A stretch of 64,000 nucleotides of DNA from Eubacteriales bacterium (GTDB taxonomy: Bacteria; Bacillota; Clostridia; Oscillospirales; Butyricicoccaceae): contig JAUNWG010000002.1 in NCBI GenBank assembly GCA_030540435.1, positions 8,276-72,275 of the forward strand, in the 5' to 3' direction. Positions 18,018 through 28,149 of the stretch are shown here, piece by piece; positions within the stretch are counted from its first letter, which is position 1; each line of letters begins with the position of its first letter. The notes below the pieces were generated by a model. It ran no database searches. It was given only the letters and a program-made list of their open reading frames with translations, and was not told the origin of the DNA. The position numbers and the translations under genes are program-made.

Positions 18018-18057
18018 AAAAAATGCTGCCCTCCACACCGGAGAGCAGCATTTTTTC
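18018..18057. terminator. bidirectional terminator between the LysR and hydrolase genes
   Basis: AAAAAA-TGCTGCCCTCC...GGAGAGCAGCA-TTTTTT. Confidence 0.7.
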
Positions 18058-18115
18058 ATTTAGGCGTATTTGTAGAAATAGTCAAATTTTTCGACTTTTC
18101 CGATGCGCCCTAATT

Positions 18116-18796
18116 TTAATTTTCAGGGTGAGTTTCCCTATTTCCACGCACGCGGGAACAAAACTGGAAAATATCGCTGCACACGGCAAGCACGGTACGG
18201 CTCGTAAGTACATCATGGCCGCCCTCCTGATAAAACCGGATATTTTTATCCGGCATATGCAGCTGATCAAACAGATCCTCTGCATTAGATGGGCTGCATA
18301 CACGGTCATCCATTGACTGTAGGATGAGCGCCGGACATTTCGCGTCCTGTACGCCGCGTGCCCGCGTCTTTTCCACCAGCTGGTTCAGCTGACGCTTTCC
18401 CAGCGGGGTGCGCACGACACCGTTCAGCTTTGCCTGCAAGTCTGCCTGAAAAATGCGATTCCATGCGCGGCCATGCATCCGTGCACACGGTGCATTGACA
18501 AATACAATGGCTGCGGGCTTCAAATCGAGCAGATGTACCAGCAGCAGTCCGCCCAGTGACAGGCCGATCAATGCGACACGCTGATACTCCTTGCGCAGTG
18601 TCAGATATTCCATGCGGATGCCATGGATCCAGTGCTCATGGTCGATCCGCGGTGTTTCTTTCCCGGAAGGCGTGGTAAGAAATGCATCTATGCCGCTGTC
18701 CCGCAGATGGTCGCGCAGGATGATACCAGCCTGGCTTCCTGCACCAAAGCCGCTGATAATCAGACAGCAAAAGTCCTTTTTCGTTTGATTCGGCAC
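18116..18796 (-). CDS. alpha/beta-fold hydrolase (esterase/lipase-like)
   Basis: Nucleophile elbow GLSLGG. The start is uncertain. I prefer GTG 18796, which lies 9 nt after GGAGG. The tracked ORF extends to 18931. Confidence 0.75.
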   Translation of the reverse strand: MPNQTKKDFCCLIISGFGAGSQAGIILRDHLRDSGIDAFLTTPSGKETPRIDHEHWIHGIRMEYLTLRKEYQRVALIGLSLGGLLLVHLLDLKPAAIVFVNAPCARMHGRAWNRIFQADLQAKLNGVVRTPLGKRQLNQLVEKTRARGVQDAKCPALILQSMDDRVCSPSNAEDLFDQLHMPDKNIRFYQEGGHDVLTSRTVLAVCSDIFQFCSRVRGNRETHPEN

Positions 18797-18993
18797 GTTC
18801 AATTTCCTCCACACGTTACACTTGATGTCTTTTGACTGTATAGCGGGAAGCATGCCCGCTGTCAACGCCGCGGCGCGTATCTTCCCACGAATTCCATTAT
18901 AGCACGCTGTCCTTTGGAATGAAATGAACAATGCGTGAACAATTCAGCAACAGTTCGGTTACACAAACAAATCCGCCCGCAACCGCGGGCGGA

Positions 18994-19030
18994 TAAAAAA
19001 GGTACGCCGCGGCGCACCACAGCGTACCTT
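18994..19030 (-). terminator. terminator of aspS
   Basis: AAGGTACGC / GCGTACCTT 9-bp stem followed on the minus strand by TTTTTTAT. A second hairpin follows at 18971-18994. Confidence 0.65.
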
Positions 19031-19036
19031 GATTTT

Positions 19037-20836
19037 TTACTCCTCTTCGTTGATCGCAATGGCGAGGCTCAGCTCATCCAGCTGCTTCTGGTCAACAGCA
19101 GACGGGCAGGCTGTCATCAGCTCGGAGGCATTCTGTACCTTCGGGAACGCAATGACGTCGCGGATGGAATCCAGGCCGGCAAGCAGCATACACAGACGAT
19201 CAAGGCCATATGCCAGTCCGCCATGCGGTGGTGCGCCGTACTTGAACGCTGTCAGCAGATGACCGAAGCGCTCCTGTGCATCCTCATCCGAGAAGCCCAG
19301 TGCACGGAACATGCGCGCCTGCGTCTCTGTGGAATGGATACGGATGGAACCGCCGCCCAGCTCACAACCGTTGAGAATGATGTCATATGCCTTCGCGCGT
19401 ACCTTCGCCGGGTCGCTCTCCAGAATATCCAGATCCTCGTCCATCGGTGCAGTGAACGGGTGATGCATGGCAACATAGCGGTTTTCTTCCTCACTGTATT
19501 CAAACTGTGGGAACTCAACAACCCACAGCAGCTTGTAGTCCTTCGGATCGATCACGCCGAGACGCTTTGCCAGCTCACAGCGCAGTGCGCCCAGCGCGAC
19601 AACCGCGGTCTGCCAGTCGCTGTCCGCCACGACAAACAGGATATCGCCGTCCTTTGCCTGTGCGCGCGCCTTGATCGCCTCGACCTCGTCCTCGCTCAGG
19701 AACTTTGCAAACGAAGAGGTCATCTTGCCGTCAGACGCCAGCTTCATCCATGCCAGACCCTTTGCGCGGTAGGTCTTGACGAAATCCTGCAGCTTGTCGA
19801 TCTCCTTGCGCGGGAACTTGTCCGCCGCGCCGTTGATGTTGATCAGACGGACGGTGCCGCCGTTTTCAACCGCGCCGCTGAATACCTTAAACGAGCAATT
19901 CGCTGCAATATCGGAAATATCCTGAATCTCATAGCCAAAGCGCAGGTCCGGCTTGTCCGAGCCGTATTTGTCCATCGCGTCCTTCCACTTGATGCGCGGC
20001 AGCGGCAGCTGGATATCAACATCCAGCACCTCCTTGAACACGCGCTGCAGGAAGCCTTCGTTGACTGCGATCACATCGTCCTGCTCGACAAAGGACATCT
20101 CCAGGTCGATCTGCGTAAATTCCGGCTGTCGATCCGCGCGCAGGTCCTCATCGCGGAAGCAGCGGGTGATCTGCATATAGCGGTCAACGCCGGACAGCAT
20201 GAGCAGCTGCTTATACTGCTGTGGGGACTGCGGCAGCGCATAGAACTTGCCCGGATGCACACGGGACGGCACGAGATAGTCGCGCGCGCCCTCCGGCGTG
20301 GATTTCTGCAGCATCGGCGTCTCGATCTCAAGGAAGCCCTGTTCATCGAAATAATTGCGGGCTACCTGTGTGACGCGGTGGCGCAGTGCCAAATTGCGCT
20401 GCATGGACGGACGGCGCAGGTCAAGATAGCGGTACTTCAGGCGCAACTGGTCATTGACCTCCTTGCCGTCGGTGATCTCAAACGGCGTTGTCTCCGACTT
20501 GGACAGCACGCGGATATTGGTCACGATGATCTCAATTTCACCGGTCGCCATCTTTTTGTTGACTGCGCGCGCGTCACGGAGGACGACGTTGCCCTCGATC
20601 GCCAGTACATACTCAGTGCGCACACCGAAGGCGATATCAAACAGGTCTGCGTCCACCGACTTGTCAAACGTACACTGTACGATGCCGGTGCGGTCACGCA
20701 GCAGCAGGAACAGAACGCCGCCATTGTCGCGGGTGCGGTCACACCAGCCATTGACGATGACCTTCTTGCCCTCATCCGCTGCACGCAGCTCGCCGCACCA
20801 TGCCGTGCGCTTCATGCCGTGAATGGATGTATTCAT
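19037..20836 (-). CDS. aspS: aspartate--tRNA ligase
   Basis: MNTSIHGMKRTAWCGELR...FRDEDLRADRQPEFTQIDLEMSF (class II motif). ATG 20836 follows GGGGAGG. Confidence 0.96.
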   Translation of the reverse strand: MNTSIHGMKRTAWCGELRAADEGKKVIVNGWCDRTRDNGGVLFLLLRDRTGIVQCTFDKSVDADLFDIAFGVRTEYVLAIEGNVVLRDARAVNKKMATGEIEIIVTNIRVLSKSETTPFEITDGKEVNDQLRLKYRYLDLRRPSMQRNLALRHRVTQVARNYFDEQGFLEIETPMLQKSTPEGARDYLVPSRVHPGKFYALPQSPQQYKQLLMLSGVDRYMQITRCFRDEDLRADRQPEFTQIDLEMSFVEQDDVIAVNEGFLQRVFKEVLDVDIQLPLPRIKWKDAMDKYGSDKPDLRFGYEIQDISDIAANCSFKVFSGAVENGGTVRLININGAADKFPRKEIDKLQDFVKTYRAKGLAWMKLASDGKMTSSFAKFLSEDEVEAIKARAQAKDGDILFVVADSDWQTAVVALGALRCELAKRLGVIDPKDYKLLWVVEFPQFEYSEEENRYVAMHHPFTAPMDEDLDILESDPAKVRAKAYDIILNGCELGGGSIRIHSTETQARMFRALGFSDEDAQERFGHLLTAFKYGAPPHGGLAYGLDRLCMLLAGLDSIRDVIAFPKVQNASELMTACPSAVDQKQLDELSLAIAINEEE

Positions 20837-20891
20837 AAAAACCTCCCCGGAACGCATGCGATGCGTCCCATAATGCTTGAAATTTCTTGTT

Positions 20892-22157
20892 TTATGCCAT
20901 GACGACGGCTGCAATGGCGTCCGCGGTCAGCGGGGCCTCTGTCTGCTCGCCAGTCTCCATATTTTTGATGCGCAGCGTGCCGCCCTCCAGCTCGCCGTCA
21001 CCGATGACAGCGGAGAAGCGTGCGCCGATGCGGTCCGCATGCTTCATCTGTGCGCGCAGGCCGCGGCCCACGAGGTCACGCTCTGCGGAAACGCCCAGCT
21101 GACGCAGGTCATATACCAGCTTCTGTACCGGCCGGTCTGCCGCATCGCCCAGCGGCGCGATATAAATATCCGTCTTCGGCGGCTCCGGGAACGGTGCACC
21201 CACCGCCTCCATGACCATAATCAGGCGCTCCAGACCGCAGCCAAAGCCCATGCCAGGTGTCTGCTGTCCGCCCAGCTGGGAGATCAGACCGTCATAGCGC
21301 CCGCCGCCGCAGATGGTTCCCTGCGCGCCGATATTGCCGGAAACAAACTCAAATACCGTCTTGGTATAGTAGTCCAGACCGCGAACGATGCTGGTATCGA
21401 TCTCATAGGCGATGTCCATATCATCCAGATATGCCTTGACCTTCTCAAAGTGGTCGCGGCAGTCGTCGCACAGGTAGTCCAGCGCCACCGGCGCATCGGC
21501 TGCGACCTTCTTACAGGATTCCTGCTTGCAGTCCAAAATACGCATCGGGTTGCGGTCCAAACGGTTCAGGCAGTCCTCACACAGGCAGTCCTTGTGCTGG
21601 TTCAGGTAAGCGGTCAGCGCCGAATAGTACTTCGGGCGGCAGTTCGGGCAGCCGATGGAATTGATGTGCACCTTGACCTCATGGATACCCAGACGCTTGA
21701 GCGCGGTATCCGCAAGCGAGATGATCTCCGCGTCCGTCGCCGGCGTCGGCGCGCCGAATACCTCGACGCCAAACTGATGGTGCTCACGCAGGCGGCCCTT
21801 CTGCACGTTCTCATACCGGTAATTCGGGACGATATAATAGCCCTTGAACGGCAGTCCCTTTGCGTACAGGGAATTTTCCAGATACGCGCGGACGGTGGAC
21901 GCGGTGCCCTCCGGACGCAGTGTCACCGAGCGTCCGCCCTTGTCGTTGAACGTGTACATTTCCTTCTGCACCACGTCGGTCGTGTCGCCGATGCCGCGGT
22001 TAAACAGCTCGGTGTGCTCAAAATTCGGGAAACGGATTTCCTCAAAGCCATACTGCATGGCAATCGTGCGCAGTACGCCTTCTACATAGTGCCATTTATA
22101 TACCTCGGACGGTACGATGTCCTTGGTGCCCTTGGGGGCTTTGATGAGTTCTGCCAT
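20892..22157 (-). CDS. hisS: histidine--tRNA ligase
   Basis: MAELIKAPKGTKDIVPSEVYKWHYVE...LRPEGTAS. 421 aa from ATG 22157. The tracked ORF has a 127-codon spurious extension. Confidence 0.96.
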   Translation of the reverse strand: MAELIKAPKGTKDIVPSEVYKWHYVEGVLRTIAMQYGFEEIRFPNFEHTELFNRGIGDTTDVVQKEMYTFNDKGGRSVTLRPEGTASTVRAYLENSLYAKGLPFKGYYIVPNYRYENVQKGRLREHHQFGVEVFGAPTPATDAEIISLADTALKRLGIHEVKVHINSIGCPNCRPKYYSALTAYLNQHKDCLCEDCLNRLDRNPMRILDCKQESCKKVAADAPVALDYLCDDCRDHFEKVKAYLDDMDIAYEIDTSIVRGLDYYTKTVFEFVSGNIGAQGTICGGGRYDGLISQLGGQQTPGMGFGCGLERLIMVMEAVGAPFPEPPKTDIYIAPLGDAADRPVQKLVYDLRQLGVSAERDLVGRGLRAQMKHADRIGARFSAVIGDGELEGGTLRIKNMETGEQTEAPLTADAIAAVVMA

Positions 22158-22219
22158 ATCAATCGGTTGTTCCTTTCGTAATTGATGTTGTTTCTGCCGC
22201 GAACAAAATGCACGCGACG

Positions 22220-22244
22220 AAAAACAGGCGGTTTGCACCGCCTG
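22220..22244 (-). terminator. terminator of mgsA
   Basis: On the minus strand, CAGGCGGTGCAAACCGCCTG followed by TTTTT. Confidence 0.7.
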
Positions 22245-22254
22245 ATGATATTCG

Positions 22255-22665
22255 CTATCTCTTCGGCTTCGGGTTGACGATATCACGCCAATCCAGATCG
22301 CCGCGATCCAGACCGAGTACCAGCATTTCCGCCGTCGCCACGTTGGTAGCGATCGGGATATTATGCATATCACAAAGGCGGACAAGCGTATGCAGATCCG
22401 GTTCATACTCGCTGTTTGAATTCGGATCGCGGAAGAACAGTACCATATCGATCTCGTTATACGAAACGCGGGCGCTGATCTGCTGTTCGCCGCCCTGCAT
22501 ACCTGCAAGGTATTTTTCAATCTCCAAACCGGTTGCATCTGAGACCAGTCTGCCGGTCGTGCCGGTGGCGCACAGCCGGTGCTTGGATAAAATGCCGCAG
22601 TATGCCATACAGAACTGAACCATCAGCTCCTTCTTCTTGTCGTGTGCAATCAGTGCGATATTCAC
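22255..22665 (-). CDS. mgsA: methylglyoxal synthase
   Basis: 136 aa. NIALIAHDKKKELMVQF...ATGTTG. GTG start after AAGGAAGGTG. Confidence 0.93.
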   Translation of the reverse strand: MNIALIAHDKKKELMVQFCMAYCGILSKHRLCATGTTGRLVSDATGLEIEKYLAGMQGGEQQISARVSYNEIDMVLFFRDPNSNSEYEPDLHTLVRLCDMHNIPIATNVATAEMLVLGLDRGDLDWRDIVNPKPKR

Positions 22666-22725
22666 GCAGACACCTTCCTTCTCTATACAGTTCCCATTCT
22701 ATGCTCTTAGTTTTCTCATGCTGCA

Positions 22726-23475
22726 TCACAGGCGCAGGAGCGGAACCTCCTCGCCCTCAAGGCGCAGCGCAATGTTGCGGTAGGCGGTCGCTGCACTGCG
22801 CAGCTTGTCGGAGCAAACCGGCACGCCGTTTCCTGCGGCGACCGAAACCTCCTCGTCCTCCGGGACGATGCCCAGCAGGCACAGCCCGGTAGCGTCCATT
22901 GCGTCGTCCACTGTGCCGATTGCACCGCGCCGGATCAGGCGACGCCGGATGCGGTTGACGACCAAGCGCACCTGCGGCACGCCGTCATCCTCCAGTACCC
23001 GCGCCATGCGCTCCGCACCGCGCAGGCTGCCGCTGCCGCCGCAGGTCACGATGATCGCTTCCGAAGCCTCTGCGGCAAATGCGCCAAATTCCTCTGCCAG
23101 CCCCGCCGGGCCGTCGATGAGGATATAATCAAACGCTGCATCCATCGCCTGCCCTGCAAGCCGATGCATGCCCTCCGCTGTAAATGCACCGGGGGAAAGC
23201 GGTTCAGCGGGTGCAGTCAGCAGGAACAGTTGTTCCAACGAGGGATGGCGCGCTGCCGCCTCCATCAGCGGTATCATGCCAGCCGCAACATCTGCAAAGC
23301 TGAATACCACGCGGTCACTCATCCCCATCACGATATCCAGATTGCGCAGCCCGGAATCACCGTCGATCGCAAGGACCTTCCGCCCCCGCTTCGCCAGCGC
23401 AGCGCCTACGCCCGCCGCCAGCGATGTCTTGCCGGTGCCTCCCTTGCCGGATGCAATGATAATGGTTTTCGTCAT
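22726..23475 (-). CDS. MinD/ParA-family P-loop ATPase (MinD-like, short C-terminus)
   Basis: Deviant Walker A IIIASGKGGTGKTS and DGDSGLRNLDIVMG. Ends ...GEEVPLLRL with no amphipathic tail. Confidence 0.85.
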   Translation of the reverse strand: MTKTIIIASGKGGTGKTSLAAGVGAALAKRGRKVLAIDGDSGLRNLDIVMGMSDRVVFSFADVAAGMIPLMEAAARHPSLEQLFLLTAPAEPLSPGAFTAEGMHRLAGQAMDAAFDYILIDGPAGLAEEFGAFAAEASEAIIVTCGGSGSLRGAERMARVLEDDGVPQVRLVVNRIRRRLIRRGAIGTVDDAMDATGLCLLGIVPEDEEVSVAAGNGVPVCSDKLRSAATAYRNIALRLEGEEVPLLRL

Positions 23476-23607
23476 AACTCCTCCTGCCAGTTAAAAAAAT
23501 TATATACCAATTAAAGTTTTTACACAAGTGTTTCTGTTATCTTTTTTCACATTTGTCCCAAATGAAACAGTTTTTTGTATCCGTTTTTCAGCTGCCACCG
23601 TGCGCTG

Positions 23608-25680
23608 TCAGGCGATGACGTCGTAGTTTCCGGTGTCATCGTCCGTCTCCTCCGCGCCGCTGTTAGAATAAAAATACGCATTGTAAATATCGCGGATGAC
23701 CGGCGCTACGTTGTTGCCGGAGTCGCCGCCCTCAATGACAACGCACACGGCGATCTGCGGGTCGTCATACGGTGCATACGAGATGAAAACGCCGTTGTCG
23801 ATCTCCGTGCCGGTAATCTGCGCCGTGCCCGACTTGCCCGCGACCTTGATCGGATAATTCTCAAAGACACTTGCCGCCGTGCCGTCCTCGCCGGTTACCT
23901 TCGCCATACCCTGATGGACCAGCTCCCATGTACTGTCTGCAGCCTCAATGCGGTTGAGCACAGCTGCTTCCTTGGTAAACACGGTGCTGGAATAGTCGTA
24001 TGCCTTAACAGAGCGCAGCAGATGCGCTTCATACTGCGTGCCGCTCGTGGCGATTGCCGCACAGTAATTTGCCAGCTGCAGCGGGGTATAGGCGTTGTCG
24101 CCCTGTCCGATCGCTGCCTGTAACGTATCGCCACCCTGCCAGTCGCGCAGGGAGGAATCGTTTTCCTGTGCCGCCGCACGCGCAGTCGGACCTGCAACAC
24201 GGCCCTTCCGTTCGCCCGAAAGCTCCAGGCCGGTATACTCGCCGAGGCCAAAATTCTTTGCATATTTCTCCAGCCTGTCGCCGCCAAGCAGCCGACCAGT
24301 CTCAAAGAAGAAATAGTTACAGGAATCCTGTATCGCGCCGGTGACATCTTCCCAGCCGTGTCCGCTGCCGGTGGAGGAATAGATCCAGCACCGCGGCTGA
24401 TAGCTGTCATAATAAGTGTACACGCCTTCGTCGTAGATCTTGGTATCCGCGTCGATCACGCCTTCCTCCAGACCGGCGACAGCCGTACAGATCTTGAACG
24501 TCGAGCCAGGCGCATAGATGCCCGCGATCGAACGGTTGAGCAGCGGGGTCCGGGAATCCTGACTCAGCTCATTGTAGTCCTGATTGAACGTCTTGAGGTT
24601 ATAGGTCGGGTAGTTCGCCAGCGCAAGGATTTCACCATTTTTCACGTCAATGACTGCCGCTGCGCCGCCGCGTGCCGTGCCGATACTTTGGCACCGCGAT
24701 GCCAGCGACCGCTCTGCGACCTCCTGCAGTGCAAGGTCAAGCGTCAGCACGACATTATTGCCCGACAGGGCCTCCGCCGTCTCCTGCTCGCTGACCACAT
24801 TGCCGCGGGAATCCGTTTCGATCGAACGCTCGCCGTCCGTGCCGCGCAGGTATTCCTCAAACGCCTGCTCTGCGCCGGTCTTGCCGACCCTGGCGTTCAT
24901 GGAATATCCCTCTTCCTTATATTTGTCCCAGTCCTCTGAGAAGATCGGGCCGACATAGCCGAGGATATTCGCCGCGGAATCTGTCTTAATATCGCGCTCC
25001 GCCGTGGTCACGACCTCGACGCCGGCAAATTTCTCATGCTGTTCGCTGATCGTTGCGACCAGCTCCATCGAAATGCCTCTCGCCAGATTGAAGGTATTGT
25101 ACAGGGAGAACTGCTCCTGCTCCATCTGATAGCGGATGCCGACGACCTTGCGTGCATCCGTCGCGCTGTAGTCCTCCGGGATCTCATACCGCTCACGCAG
25201 GGCCGCTATGATGCTGTCCGCGTCCATATCCTCCGCCAGTCCTTCTTTTTCACAAAAGGTCTGCATGCTGGTAAAATCGGAGGAATCCTCGTCCTTTGTA
25301 TACGAAAAGCTGCCGCTGGCGCCGGAGGACACCGGCAGGGAATCGTTGAGCGTAACATCCTCTCCGTCATCGTCGAGCATGTCCACCAGCTGCAGAATGG
25401 TATCGTTCTGGTTTTGCTTGTCCCAAAAGGCATAGGTGATCTGCAGGCCGTAGACCGTTGTATTGGTGACCAGCGTCTTGCCATTGCGGTCAAGAATATC
25501 GCCGCGCGAGGCTGCGATCGTGCTGGTATAGGTATACAGATGGTTTGCCTTATTCGCATATTCATCTCCGTGGATCACCTGCAGGGAAAACAGGTTCGCC
25601 GCGACCACCATGCCGCCGAGCACACCCACACCGCACAGCACAGACAGACGGTGGAGCAGCTGCTTCTTATGAATATCCAT
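23608..25680 (-). CDS. mrdA: penicillin-binding protein 2 (elongation-type class B transpeptidase)
   Basis: 690 aa. N-terminal TM anchor and STFK active-site motif (APGSTFKICTA). Lies downstream of mreCD. Confidence 0.92.
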   Translation of the reverse strand: MDIHKKQLLHRLSVLCGVGVLGGMVVAANLFSLQVIHGDEYANKANHLYTYTSTIAASRGDILDRNGKTLVTNTTVYGLQITYAFWDKQNQNDTILQLVDMLDDDGEDVTLNDSLPVSSGASGSFSYTKDEDSSDFTSMQTFCEKEGLAEDMDADSIIAALRERYEIPEDYSATDARKVVGIRYQMEQEQFSLYNTFNLARGISMELVATISEQHEKFAGVEVVTTAERDIKTDSAANILGYVGPIFSEDWDKYKEEGYSMNARVGKTGAEQAFEEYLRGTDGERSIETDSRGNVVSEQETAEALSGNNVVLTLDLALQEVAERSLASRCQSIGTARGGAAAVIDVKNGEILALANYPTYNLKTFNQDYNELSQDSRTPLLNRSIAGIYAPGSTFKICTAVAGLEEGVIDADTKIYDEGVYTYYDSYQPRCWIYSSTGSGHGWEDVTGAIQDSCNYFFFETGRLLGGDRLEKYAKNFGLGEYTGLELSGERKGRVAGPTARAAAQENDSSLRDWQGGDTLQAAIGQGDNAYTPLQLANYCAAIATSGTQYEAHLLRSVKAYDYSSTVFTKEAAVLNRIEAADSTWELVHQGMAKVTGEDGTAASVFENYPIKVAGKSGTAQITGTEIDNGVFISYAPYDDPQIAVCVVIEGGDSGNNVAPVIRDIYNAYFYSNSGAEETDDDTGNYDVIA

Positions 25681-25695
25681 TGTGCTCTCCTTCCG

Positions 25696-26223
25696 TCATT
25701 CGCTGCGCAGCACGGCGTTCCGCCTGCGTTTTCTACCGCTGAGTTTCCGCACGACCCACAGCATGACCGGGCTGAATACCGCCACCAGCGCCGCCTGCAG
25801 CAGGATGCCGCGTGCAAACAGCAGGATATCCGCACCATAAAACTGGAGCTGGAACAGATAACGCAGCAGCGCGATGACCGCCATCATGCCCACTGCGCAT
25901 ACCATCGTGCAGCGCAGCTCACGTGTGCGGTACCGCTCCCCTGCAAAGCCGCAGCCGATGCCACACATCATATAATACAGCGGAAAAATGCCGTCCACAC
26001 CGCTGCCGGAAATATCCCAGAGGATCCCGGCGGCAAGGCCGCATACCATGCCGGTGCCGCTGCCCATCACAACGCCTGCCGCTGCCAGCAGCGGTGAAAG
26101 CAGGTCGATGTGTGCGCCAAGGACGGAAATGCGCAGTCCCAGACTGGTCTGGAGTACATATGCTGCTATAAGCAGCACCACGCACAGCACCGTTCGGAGG
26201 GAGCCGAAGTGGTTATGTTTCAT
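25696..26223 (-). CDS. mreD: rod shape-determining protein MreD
   Basis: 175-aa polytopic membrane protein directly after mreC. Confidence 0.8.
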   Translation of the reverse strand: MKHNHFGSLRTVLCVVLLIAAYVLQTSLGLRISVLGAHIDLLSPLLAAAGVVMGSGTGMVCGLAAGILWDISGSGVDGIFPLYYMMCGIGCGFAGERYRTRELRCTMVCAVGMMAVIALLRYLFQLQFYGADILLFARGILLQAALVAVFSPVMLWVVRKLSGRKRRRNAVLRSE

Positions 26224-26237
26224 GCCGCGCCTCCTTA

Positions 26238-27071
26238 TCAGTCAACCGTTACGTCCGTAATGATGTACACATGCGTCAGCGTCGTGATATCTACCAGCGG
26301 TGTGAGCACCGCGTAATTCGTCATGCCGTCGCTCTCCGTCTGAATGCTCTCCACTGTGCCGATGGCAAGCCCCTTCGGAAACAGCCCGCCGGAGCCGGAG
26401 GTCTGCACCGTATCGCCGACCACGACATCCGCATCCTTGTTCAGATAGCTGATCTTGAGCTTGCCGTCCGCCATCAGCTGGTAATCGCCCTCCGCGACGG
26501 CGATCTCACCGGTGCGCACCAGGCGCGCCGCCGCTGACATATTGCTGTCGATGATGGCCGTCACCTTTGCGGAATGGTCGCTCAGCTCGCTGATATAGCC
26601 GACCATGCCCTGCGCCGTGACCACGCAGTCGTTCTTTTCCAGACCGTCCGCGCTGCCTGCATCGATCGTCAGAACGCGGGACCACTCGTCCAGTGTCCGT
26701 CCGACGACCTCCGCCCCGGCGTAGGTAAACTCTGTATTGCGCTCTGCAACGCCCAGCATAGCGCGCAGGTCTGCATTTTCACTGACCGCCGCCTGCGCGT
26801 CCTCCAGCTGGCTCGTCAGCTCCGTGACCTGCTGCTTGAGCGACTCGTTTTCCGCGACCAGCTCATCATACCGGAAATATTTATTATACGTGTCCGCCAC
26901 TTTGACCGCCATGTGCGTAACCGCACGCTGCGCCGGCAGCAGCACAGTACCGGCGGCATTGGTCACCGGGCTGCTATTGCCCGAAATGCCGCTGTAAACC
27001 GCCACTGCGATGCAGAGCACCGCTGCCGGAAACCATCTGGCGTGGACAGCCTTCTTCCATATCTTTCGCAA
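26238..27071 (-). CDS. mreC: rod shape-determining protein MreC
   Basis: 277 aa with an N-terminal anchor, a coiled coil (LVAENESLKQQVTELTSQLEDAQ) and a beta-rich C-terminal domain. TTG start. Confidence 0.88.
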   Translation of the reverse strand: MRKIWKKAVHARWFPAAVLCIAVAVYSGISGNSSPVTNAAGTVLLPAQRAVTHMAVKVADTYNKYFRYDELVAENESLKQQVTELTSQLEDAQAAVSENADLRAMLGVAERNTEFTYAGAEVVGRTLDEWSRVLTIDAGSADGLEKNDCVVTAQGMVGYISELSDHSAKVTAIIDSNMSAAARLVRTGEIAVAEGDYQLMADGKLKISYLNKDADVVVGDTVQTSGSGGLFPKGLAIGTVESIQTESDGMTNYAVLTPLVDITTLTHVYIITDVTVD

Positions 27072-27077
27072 GTCTCA

Positions 27078-27680
27078 TCAACCTTTCTGCGTGTCCGTGC
27101 CGCCGCACACCTTGCGCAGCAGCTCGCCCAGCATACATACCGGCAGTCCCATGACGCCGTAATAATCTCCATCAATGCGCGGGATAAACAGACCGCCTGC
27201 ACCCTGGATGCCGTAGGCGCCCGCCTTGTCCATCGGTTCGCCGCTCGCGGCATATGCTTCCGCCTCTCCGTCATGCAGCGTGCGGAACGTCACGTCCGTC
27301 ACAGATACCTCCGCCAGCTCTGTGTCCGCCGTTTTGACGCACACCGCCGTCATGACCTGGTGCGTCCTGCCGGACAGCAGCTGCAGCATACGCACGGCGT
27401 CCGCCTGATCGGCGGGCTTGCCAAGTATCTCGTCGTCACAGACGACGATGGTATCCGCCGCAATGACCAGCGCCCCGGATGCCGCCTGCTGCGCAACTGC
27501 GCGTGCCTTGCGCCGCGCAAGCTGTTCCACATTCTGCTCTGGGGAGCAGTCCGGCGACAAGCTCTCGTCCGCGTCCGCAGGCTGTACTTCAAATTCTGGT
27601 ACAATGCGTCCCAGCAGCTCCCGCCTGCGTGGGGACTGCGATGCCAATATAATCGGATGATACGGCAGTATCATCATCAT
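27078..27680 (-). CDS. maf: Maf-family nucleoside triphosphate pyrophosphatase
   Basis: ILASQSPRRRELL motif. The start is among the ATGATGATG at 27680-27672, after AGGAGG. Confidence 0.9.
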   Translation of the reverse strand: MMMILPYHPIILASQSPRRRELLGRIVPEFEVQPADADESLSPDCSPEQNVEQLARRKARAVAQQAASGALVIAADTIVVCDDEILGKPADQADAVRMLQLLSGRTHQVMTAVCVKTADTELAEVSVTDVTFRTLHDGEAEAYAASGEPMDKAGAYGIQGAGGLFIPRIDGDYYGVMGLPVCMLGELLRKVCGGTDTQKG

Positions 27681-27687
27681 TCCTCCT

Positions 27688-28143
27688 TTATTGCCGCCCG
27701 GTGGAGCCGAATCCACCTGTGCCGCGGCCTGTCTGCGCCAGCTCCTCCGCTTCCACAGCGGTAAACTGCATAACCGGCAGGATACACAGCTGTGCGATGC
27801 GCTCCCCCGGCTGGATGGTATACGCCCGGTCGGACAGATTGACCAGTCCGACGGACACCTCTCCGCGGTAATCGCTGTCGATCACGCCGACACCGTTGGA
27901 CAGCGTCAGCCCGTGCTTGATGCCCAGCCCGCTGCGCGCAAACACAAACGCGCCATAGCCCGCATCTGGCAGCTCCATCGCCAGCCCGGTGGGGATGACC
28001 GCCCGCGCCATGGGAGCCAGCGTCAGCGGCGCGTCGATATTTGCCGTCAGATCTGCCCCCGCTGCGCCTGCCGTTGCATGGCGCGGCAGCTGCGGTACCC
28101 TGCCCTGCGGCGTTGGGATACGCCGGAATCGTACGGTCATCAT
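27688..28143 (-). CDS. dut: dUTP diphosphatase
   Basis: 151 aa. AGADL, RSGLGIKHG and GVIDSDYRGE motifs. Confidence 0.93.
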   Translation of the reverse strand: MMTVRFRRIPTPQGRVPQLPRHATAGAAGADLTANIDAPLTLAPMARAVIPTGLAMELPDAGYGAFVFARSGLGIKHGLTLSNGVGVIDSDYRGEVSVGLVNLSDRAYTIQPGERIAQLCILPVMQFTAVEAEELAQTGRGTGGFGSTGRQ

Positions 28144-28149
28144 ACTGCG

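Noticed and set aside
22158-22254. A T-box leader, expected upstream of hisS-aspS as in many Firmicutes.
   Set aside because: The spacer is under 100 nt and is mostly the mgsA terminator. There is no specifier stem or T-box (…GGUGGNACCGCG…) sequence.
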